A stretch of 60,157 nucleotides of DNA, filler included, from Sluysia triapertura (Eukaryota), in assembly GCA_046118255.1 (NCBI GenBank). It is 5 parts of 5 records of this genome, joined end to end, with 100 filler letters (N's around TTAATTAATTAA, not from the genome) between each part and the next. Parts side by side here need not be neighbours in the genome. Positions count along the whole stretch, not along the records: positions 47,432 to 60,157 come from JBJNIA010086137.1; 4 more parts are not named here. One strand, given 5' to 3'. A model generated the notes under the pieces. That model was not told the origin of the DNA, did no database searches, and saw only the letters and a program-made list of their open reading frames with translations. Positions 50,981-60,157 of this stretch are shown here, piece after piece. Position numbers and translations under genes: made by a program. Numbering within the stretch: the stretch's first letter is position 1; each line of letters opens with the position of its first letter.

Positions 50981-51853
50981 CTAAATTATCAAGAAAATAT
51001 TTTTTCAAATGACACAAATTCGCGATAATGTGATCGATTTTAAATAAAAATTCTTTTAATTAATGGAAAATCGGTGTTTATTGTCAAGCTTATCTATTTA
51101 AGTTGAAAGCAAGTAATGTGATTAGTCCACGTGCTTCGAAAATTCCAAATTTTAAATTGTTCAATTAGCCAAAACAAAATTAGAAAAATATATAAAGTTC
51201 TCGCTAATAAATGAAACGTGTCATACTAACATAACTACACTAATAATCGCTTTATACAAACAATAAATGTGATTATATTAAACTTTAAAATTTTAGATTT
51301 ATACTTTTTGATTTGAAAACATTTATAACCATCAACAACCAATCATATGTCAAATATACAATGATTTACCATCCTCTTTTATGAGGACAATCCTCTTTGT
51401 CATTTTAAAATTTAAAATGAAACATAATCAATTAAAATATTTAGGAAAAACCATGAGTCACCGATTATTTGTAAACACAATTTTATTTGGTGAATGTACT
51501 GTTCTCTTTGAAAATGAGTAATTTTATTTGCGTGATATATATAATTAACTCTTTGTGCGACTAATAAAATAGAAAAAAATGTCTCATTTTTTTTACGTAT
51601 TTGAATTTATTAACTTAAATTAACTTCATTTATTAACTATCCCGGTGAGCCTAGTGGCACAGTCATTGTAATTGAATGTATCGGGCTAGTCAATATGCTA
51701 GCCCATTAACATGTCAGGATAGTCTCGACATGGTTTAACAGTTTGCCTATTAAGCCTTTATGGTCCACAGATTTTATTAGTCTTGGTAGCTAGATCCAAG
51801 TTGTTTCATAACTCATTCATGGAAAACAAACATAATTGTAATGAATTCATTTA

Positions 51854-52330
51854 CAGTGGTACCTCTACTTACGAAATTAATTCGTTCTGGAAATCGTTTC
51901 GTAAGTAGAGCCTCTTTTTTCCCTGTAAATGCCCTAATGAGTTCAAACAATTCTTTTATAAATTATAAATATGCGTCGAATTTCCCTCTTCTGTAGTTGT
52001 CTTTTCACAGTGACTCCAGCTAACTCTTTCTCCTTTAACCTCTCAATCTCATCTCCTCTTCGAAATGACAGAGACTTTTGGAAGGAATCGTAGCTTTTAG
52101 GGCTTCTATTTGTTTTAATGTCGTACCTATTGTTGATGGATTACAGCTAGATCAATCAAGCGCATCCTTTTTTTCGTACTTTTCTATTATCTCTTGATTT
52201 GTTTGTATGGGCAAAACATCTCTCTTCTTCTTACCACATTTTCCATCACTTTCTTTATTAAAATCTGAAAACTCAAACATTTAAACAAAATTAAGTATTA
52301 CGTATTTTGAAGTTTTCACCTTTCGTACAG
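51854..52330 (-). mobile_element. pogo/Tigger transposon remnant
   Basis: TA|CAGTGGTACCTCTACTTACGAA terminus; - strand KKKRDVLPIQTNQEIIEKYEK...NPSTIGTTLKQIEALKA...KEKELAG, a CENP-B-type HTH. Confidence 0.8.
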
Positions 52331-53687
52331 TAATTAATTAACGTATGCTATCTTTTAAAAAAGCTTCCTAAGTCAATTGTAAAAAACAGCTTCGTCGTTC
52401 AAGGTCTTACAAAAATCTTCTTCATTTATTGTTGTTTTAATAAAATCATCCAGTTTCGGTAAACTAAACAATAACTAAAAAGAATCGCAAAAAACTAAAC
52501 AAATGAGTTTGAAAATTCTCCCAAAATTATAAATTAGAAAGAACCTTTAAAAGCTTATTTTATTTAGTGAATTAAGGGAGATTTTAAACCTGAATTTTTC
52601 TTACAATTGCACTTCCATCTGTGTCAATCAAGCGATTAACATCGGAACAAACTCGAAGCTATTAAATTTATGAAATATTGATATAAACGAATTTCATAAA
52701 AATCAAAATGAAGATTTTCAAAATTTAAACAGTTAAATATTCAAAATTAAAAATTTTGCCAATAGAAACAATATTTAAACTCGAATCAATCTAATTATTG
52801 CTCACACTTCGCAACTATTATATATTGTGAAACATTGCCTAAAAATATATTTTTTCAAAGCAAAAATTACAACCAATAAGAATTCATAAAAGAAATACAG
52901 GGAAATAATTGTAACGTGTCAACTTATCAAACTATAACACCATCTACAATTGCAACAATTGCATACAGTATTAAAAGTTGATTCGAATTTTAATAATCTT
53001 TAAAAAAACACAAATACTCCAATATTAATTGGCATTTTACTACATATATTCGAAATAAGGGACGGACTACAATTATGCATCGAATTAGATTTCTCTTTCG
53101 TAGATAGTTCTTGACAGTGGAACTGCGATATGTAGCTGGTTTCCATTAGCGAGAATGAGTTTAATATTGAATTTGTGGATTCTTATGCTTATTGTAATTT
53201 TAACATGAAAAGATGGACATTGTTTATTTTCAGATCGCATTACTTCAAATTGTATGAAAAAATTAAAAATAATTTCACAATATTATTAATAATTATGATT
53301 ATGAATATCAGTTGTCATGATGATGGGAACAAAATTCTTATTTTCCAAATTTAATAATATATTTGTTATTCTAAATTGATTTTAATGAAAAAATAATTCT
53401 TACTTTTTATTTGTTGCTTTTTTGTAGTGGCAAAATGACAATTAAACGTTGCATATGAAATTAACAAAATTGAGTAGAAAAACAAAATGGCTTCTAAATT
53501 ATACTGATGCTGGTTTATATACTAATCATCAGCCAAGAGGAATGGATGGAATATTCTAGAACATTCTAGAAGCTTCTTTTAGAAGCGAATTTTCTTTTGT
53601 TGAAAAATAAATATTTTTTAATTGATTTAAAAGTTTTCAAAGATTTTTAAATGATTTTAGAGTGTTGTAATGATCGTAGTACCATTT

Positions 53688-53858
53688 CCACAAACTTAAT
53701 AAATAGATGTCGCATTATTCGGCTATCGAATTTATCAAATTTCCTGGGAAAAAGTGGTCCACAAACTTAATAAATAGACGTTGCATTATTCGGCTATCAA
53801 ATGTATCAAATTTCCTGGAAATAAATGGACCACAAACTTAATAAATAGAGGTCGCATT
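53688..53858. repeat. 71-bp tandem repeat, about 2.4 copies
   Basis: CCACAAACTTAATAAATAGA at 53688, 53759 and 53830. Confidence 0.9.
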
Positions 53859-54689
53859 AATTACGTGAAAAACAAAAAATGCAACTATTAGAAATTTATC
53901 ATTCTCTTCGAAGAATAAACAAATCGATGTAGGTTAAATGTGAATAAGAAGCTTAAACATATGTCAAAACATGTTATCAACTACATCTTCGTCGACCTAA
54001 AGTGGAAACCAGACGAAACAATTGCATAAGAAATATTGAATTGCATGACAATTGTATAAAAGCAATCTCAATGAAATAGGATATAAAATTGTATCTCATA
54101 AATCATATTCATCTAATATTTCTTATGCGAATTATATTATTTCAAGATAATTTTGAAAAAGAATTTTATCCAATCTAAAGATGTCAAATTTTTGTCGAGT
54201 TTATTATGATTAATAAATGTTCAGTATGAAATGTTTTATTAAAATTGAAATTTAATCTTCAAAATTGTAAATAATAATCAACTAATAAAAGTTAATAAAA
54301 TGATAAAATTAAAATTAGTCGTTAATTATGTTAATAAATCCTCCCATACCAACACCACACTAATCAATTCTAATGAATAATACTGGAAAGTGACAACAAA
54401 TTAAAAACGCTTAATTCAAAATATAACAATGTTTCATTAATTAACTCATTGAGAAGCCTGTCAATTGATGATGAGTTATCATTGAAATGAAAAAATCCCA
54501 GCCTTAAATTAATTGCAATCACACTTACCAAAACATTATCAATATAAAAGCCACAATATTTATTAAATGTCTAAGATAATATAATTATGCCTATTGAAAA
54601 AATATGAATATGCGTACAAAAATAATCATACTTAATTGTGGAAAGCAAACATTAAATACGAAATGGTCCTATTTTATTTCCATTGAATA

Positions 54690-54844
54690 ATTCTCTACAG
54701 ATCCTACTTAATTCCAGCGAAAACACAAAATTTTCACAATTAAAATCATACTCAAATCGAATTTAAATTATTTATTTATTTATTTAATTATGTTTGCTAT
54801 ATTTATCTATTTATGTAGTGTCGTGGCTGCCCGCAAAGGGTTAA
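54690..54844. repeat. Dispersed repeat; second copy at 59385-59500
   Basis: CTCTACAG.TCCTA.TTAATTCCAGCGAAAACACAA...CATACTCAAATCGAATTTAAATTATTTATT shared; this copy ends AAAGGG|TTAA (piggyBac-like end). Confidence 0.7.
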
Positions 54845-54943
54845 TGAATGGAATTGATAGTAGTGTACCTACACCAACAATAAAATATGTTTTAAACATA
54901 AATCACAATCGAAATGAGAACAAAGCCGTATAATAGCAATAAA

Positions 54944-54946
<3 letters not shown>

Positions 54947-54998
<52 letters not shown>
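54947..54998. repeat. (AAT)n microsatellite
   Basis: Perfect run. Confidence 0.95.
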
Positions 54999-55490
54999 TA
55001 TAATAAAAACTCAAAATTCAAGAAAAAAAAATAGACTTGGCACATTTGAACGAAATTCTAATTATATGAAAAAGTTGTACAAAACTAAATCAATAGTATA
55101 ATTGATTGAAATATAATTGATTCAGCAATTTTAATAATTTTAAGAAATGTTAATAATCTCGATGAACAATAAAATAAAATCACAACAACAAAGAAGCATG
55201 ACACAATGATGATGAATACATACATTTCTAATTGTACTAAAAAATTAAATAAATTACACAAATTTCTCTCTAACCACAAAGTTTTATTAAATTTATATTA
55301 GTATTCATTTTATTTATCCCTTTAAACGAAATATTTCACGTTTAAATAGTATTTTTAAACCAATATTTTCTTTTTTTCTGATCTTAAAAACAATAACAAA
55401 AGATGTTAATAAAAATTTCACACATATTTCATCAAAAATTAATAAAATAAATTTAGTATTTTTGAATTACACATAAATTTAATATTTAAA

Positions 55491-55960
55491 TGCTGGTGGC
55501 CAAATTATTAGACTAAAACAGGAAAAATATGTTTTTTTGGTTTTCTTATTATTTGCTACCCTGACCTGAAAACTCTCCAGACATAAGAAATCTGTCAAAA
55601 AGAAAATTTCTTCCCACAAACCAATCACCAGGACAGTACTTATAAAAGTATGACGAGATCAAAGACTTGTGCCCAAAGCTCTCTGTGGCATGTCCTTAAG
55701 GATCAGGAAATTATTGGATAACAAAGGAGTGCAAACAGAGTACTGATACAACAGTTTGTACATATTTGATTTGTAGTAAATTGTGTTATCATTCTACATG
55801 AATAAAATTTCTGTATGTTTTGGATGTCAGTACTTTTATCCATTATTTTCCAACATTTTACATTTTTCGTGACAACTGTCATTAAATAGTTCCACAGTAT
55901 CCTTGAAAAATGAATTTTATCATAAAAATGGTCTTTAGTCTAAAAATTTCGCCACCACTG
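55491..55960 (+). mobile_element. Internally deleted Tc1-like element
   Basis: TIRs TGGTGGCCAAATTATTAGACTAAA / CAGTGGTGGCGAAATTTTTAGACTAAA, TA at 55961; *PENSPD remnant of WPxNSPDL. Confidence 0.75.
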
Positions 55961-56099
55961 TATTTTATGACCAAGAAACAACTAACTCCACGTAAAATTG
56001 ATTAAGAAAATGTTTCTATACAAATATGAATAAGAATTATTTACATCTTTACGATCGTAACACTATAATGATGCAACCTTATCTGATATAATTCATCTA

Positions 56100-56840
56100 A
56101 AAAGTATTTTACAAATATATCTTAAAATCATTAAAAGGTATTTTTATCCATATAAATATCTAAAGAAATTGGTATGAAGGTGTGCGATGAATGAGAAACA
56201 ATTATCGGCACATATTGAATTTCATTCTATATTAAAACAATCAAATATTGGTTATGAAGATTATAATTGATCCAATGAAATCTGGAAAAAATTAAAATGT
56301 CAAAATATGTTTGCTTATACCTTAAAATATCTTACAAATGATATTTTCAAATTGGCAGATTCATTCGAGAATATTGAAATTCTGGAGTAACATGGATGTA
56401 TAGATTAAAATGTACGACTACAATATTATAGTTATATTATTTTTGAAAAAGGTTGAAGGTTTATGAACCATGTGTTAAAATACCACCAGAATAAATTCAT
56501 TAAATTGATCGCTGAATTTAATCGATTTAATCGATCTTCTAACGCTAATTCATATTGCAATTATTCAGAAAAAATTGTAATGAAATGCGGTATTAATTAT
56601 AGTGAAGAAAAATCATAATTAAATAATTATGGTGGAATTTCTGAAGTCGATTTAGAATGTGCAAAATAAATGTAAAAGAATTAAATGTTTTCTTTTTGCA
56701 CAAAATAATGTAAAACCTAATTTCAATGAATTATAATAGACAAATTATAAACCATCTGAGAAAGTTAATATAAATTTGATTACTTATAAATGTTTTTCGA
56801 TCGCGGTATGGAAACATTAAAAATTAAAATATAAAAGATA
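56100..56840 (+). pseudogene. Protein-primed DNA polymerase B fossil (Polinton/Maverick or adintovirus type)
   Basis: KGIF/PYKY...NEKQLSAHIEFHSILKQSNIGYEDYN*SNEIWKKLKCQNMFAYTLKYLTNDIFKLADSFEN, then FEKG*R, EVDLE and GMETLKI in the expected order. Confidence 0.8.
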
Positions 56841-58109
56841 CAATTGGTTAAAATTATAAATTAGTAACTGAGTAAAAACTAAAAAGTTAATTTCGTTAAA
56901 CATTGGAAAATAATAAAATAGCTAATAGATTTAAATAGTTGGCAATAAAATCATAGTTTAATAGAATAAAAGCAAAATCATGACAATAATGCACACAAAT
57001 GCATACAATACGGAAATCCTGAATATCTTTTAGAAATAATAAAAAATTGGAAAATAAAATGAATAATCCAGTGATAATAAGCAGCGTGATAGGGTATATA
57101 CCGTTTATGTTACAAAAATTTACAACCAGTTACCAGAGAATGTCATTACTGGAAGATTATGAAATATTATTATTATAATTATAATTATAATAATAATATT
57201 ATTATTATTGAACAATGTTAAATAAAAGTTTAATTTCACTGGTTTTAGTATCTGAAAAATAATTAAATTATTGATGTATAAATTTGTTTATGATTTGTTT
57301 ACAATTTGAAAATATAGTTTTAAAAATCAAAATCCCATTCGATTATATATTCGAAAAAGAATTAAATTCATCATCCAACAGATTTATGTAAATTTAAAGA
57401 TGCATAAGTAATAAGAATTTCATTAAGGAAGTTGTGGTTGTGAAAAGTAAATTGTATGAATATACATACACAACTACTGTTAATGAATGAGAATTAAAAT
57501 TTTAAGTAATACCAAAACATGCTCAGAAACTGAATTTTAACACTAGAAGTGCCACGTGTGTCAAATGATGCAAATGCTTGCAATTGGCTGATAATTTCAG
57601 AAGGGTTTTGGAATTAAGGTTATGACATCATCGATTTTGTTCATAACTTCCCTATGTAAACTCCGGTGATGGCATTACTCAAATTTGTCATTTGCGACAA
57701 TTGATGGACGCACTCTTTCGTTGAATGTAACTATTGGGTAAGAATTGTATGCATAAATATCGTTTTACCTGAATTACATGAATGAAATATTTTAACTCGA
57801 AAATTCGTATTCTCGATATATAACACTTAAAGATTACGTGTATCTATTATTGAATAATAATTCTATTATTATTATTATTAAAGCAAGAATTACTATCAGA
57901 CTGTAATTTAATCCTTCATTTGTTTTTTGTTGCTTTTTAATTTCAATAGAAAAATAAACGAAAGAGAAAAGTGAATAAGAAAAATAAATGATGCTGAATT
58001 CGGTTAACAGAAGAGATAGTATAATAAGAAAAATAAGATATATAAAAAAGAAGATAAAAATGAAAGTACCTCATTTAAATATTTTACTCTAAATTTACTT
58101 TAGGCTAAT

Positions 58110-58272
58110 NNNNNNNNNNNNNNNNNNNNNNNNNNNNNNNNNNNNNNNNNNNNNNNNNNNNNNNNNNNNNNNNNNNNNNNNNNNNNNNNNNNNNNNNNNN
58201 NNNNNNNNNNNNNNNNNNNNNNNNNNNNNNNNNNNNNNNNNNNNNNNNNNNNNNNNNNNNNNNNNNNNNNNN
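58110..58272. other. Plain scaffold gap (163 N)
   Basis: N run without the spacer core. Confidence 0.97.
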
Positions 58273-58527
58273 TTATTTAAAATTATTCGAAATAAATTTT
58301 AAGCGTCAACTAGTTTATAAACATTTTCTGTGTCGGAAGGTCCTGAACTTGTCTCTGATAGTAGATATGGAACTCATTGTAGTTAAATCGAGAATATATA
58401 TTTAAGATTTATTTCACAATGTATTTTAAATTATTTTAAGTTTATTTATGGTACTAAAAGTTGGACGAGCTTTTTATTTCATTTCTAATTGCATTGTTAC
58501 TTAATAACATCCAATATTTGCATTCAA

Positions 58528-58905
58528 CCCTTTCGAAATGCACAATCCATCGTTACATTCACTACATTGAAATTTTGTATCTTTTCTTTTTTTCTGCACA
58601 CAATACATTATCTTCTAGATTGAAGCTTTGATGGAAAATGTCGCGCAATGAGTCTATGCGGAGAATCAAGTGATGAACAGCCAATTTTTTCGCTTTGTTT
58701 GTATGAATACTCCTCATATATATATTTCTCGTATCTACCGGAGACCAAAGTCAATAAATTATACATTTTCGTTGCTCATTATTGTTCATATCGAAAACGC
58801 GGATGTAAAATGTAATTGGAAGTGTTGAATTGATTACAAACAACATTTTATTGATAAAATAACTCGTTTTTAAAGACGCGTATACACAGCTCCGTCTCGA
58901 AAGGG
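58528..58905. mobile_element. piggyBac-type MITE
   Basis: TIRs CCCTTTCGAAATG / CCCTTTCGAGACG; TTAA on the right, TCAA on the left. Confidence 0.75.
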
Positions 58906-60094
58906 TTAATTAACAAATTAAAGCCTTTAAATTATTAAAATATTGAATTAATAATTATTAATTATCGCAAAATGTCGATGACTGTAAGATCAACAAGTCA
59001 TTAAAAACTTAAAATCAATAAATTAGCTAACTCTTTTCATCAAATACACTAAATACAACAATTTTGTGCATTTTATTTCAAATTTTGAAAAATAATTTGG
59101 ATTAAACATCTATGAAAAAGACGAATATGGTGGAATACTAAATTTCGAAATTAATTTAGAAAAGCAAACTTAGGAAGGAAATAATTAAAAAGGTAGATAT
59201 GAAATGTGCAGAATATTTACAACATGTCCTCAAGCATTACAAAAATAAATATTTTATATGGATAAAAATAAAATAAAAACGTGTTAGGTATTACTAATTC
59301 CAAAATTGCATCAAAATAACAATAATTTTATCCAAAATTGTTATTGCTAGATTTTGCAGTCCTATTTTATTTACATTGAATAATCCTCTACAGGTCCTAT
59401 TTAATTCCAGCGAAAACACAATATTTTCAAAATTAAAAGCCTGACTCAAAAAACATACTCAAATCGAATTTAAATTATTTATTTTATTTATTTAATTACG
59501 CATATGTTTTATTTATGTATTTATGTACAAGTCCGATAAAAACAATCTGCATTCTTCGCATATAGTACAGTGGTAGTATAGTGGACCGATAATGACCGGT
59601 CTGTGCAAATAAAAATACGAAATGTAAACATTTTCTTATCGGACCATCTTTGACATATAACAGATTACATAAATGTTTCAATGTTTGTGTAAAATTAGCG
59701 TCGACAGACGCCCAGAAAGTAAACATTGCAATGACACGGCTGCCTCGACAGTGGACCACAAAACACATTGTTATAACTGACGCAGTGACACCTTAAAGTA
59801 AAACAATTGAAAAATATTTATTAAATAAAGTGTGACATCATAAAATTCATAAAATCGAATTTAAACATAGGATTGTATCAACTCTGAGATGGCTTATTAA
59901 ATAATATTCAAAATATCAAATACATTTTGCGGAACCAAATAAAAATAAATACGATTTTTTAACTCGAATATAATTTATTAATACAGGTACCACAAAACTA
60001 ATATAATGTATTCTCATTGATAACTAATAATATAAATTATAATAATTCATATATAATTAATGTAATTATTCATGAAGTCTTGAATATCTTCCCG

Positions 60095-60147
<53 letters not shown>

Positions 60148-60157
60148 TATTATTATT
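60095..60157. repeat. (ATC)n followed by (ATT)n microsatellite
   Basis: Perfect compound run at the window end. Confidence 0.95.

Noticed and set aside
53688-53858. CRISPR-like repeat array (also 4383-4745 and 11196-11425)
   Set aside because: Intervening sequences are homologous or irregular, the context is eukaryotic and there are no cas genes.

Overview
Very AT-rich eukaryotic (metazoan) genomic DNA, probably from a flatworm. That is inferred from a 34-nt intron, (AAT)n microsatellites, a CsRn1-type gag and the style of the proteins. The window is six contigs joined by four 100-bp N44-TTAATTAATTAA-N44 spacers and one plain N gap, so adjacency across gaps is unproven. Host genes: complete single-exon DPH4/DNAJC24, a small four-TM claudin-like gene head-to-head with a complete 5-exon TBCB, two PIGA exons, two COG8 exons, an orphan terminal exon (2174-2468, -) and a large disordered Pro-rich exon (50408-50980, -). 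The rest is largely decayed mobile DNA. It includes a CsRn1-like Ty3/gypsy element with about 4 kb of extra sequence upstream of gag (containing a CCCH zinc-finger ORF) and a family of strand-skewed LTR-like repeats. It also includes a second LTR element with a tRNA-Lys primer site, followed by a mosaic of degraded host-gene fragments (kinase pieces including KSR-like, and METTL16). There is a Polinton/Maverick-type DNA polymerase B fossil, plus hAT, mariner-like, Tc1, pogo/Tigger, piggyBac and Helitron-like relics. All family assignments are from manual translation and recalled motifs; no database search was run.
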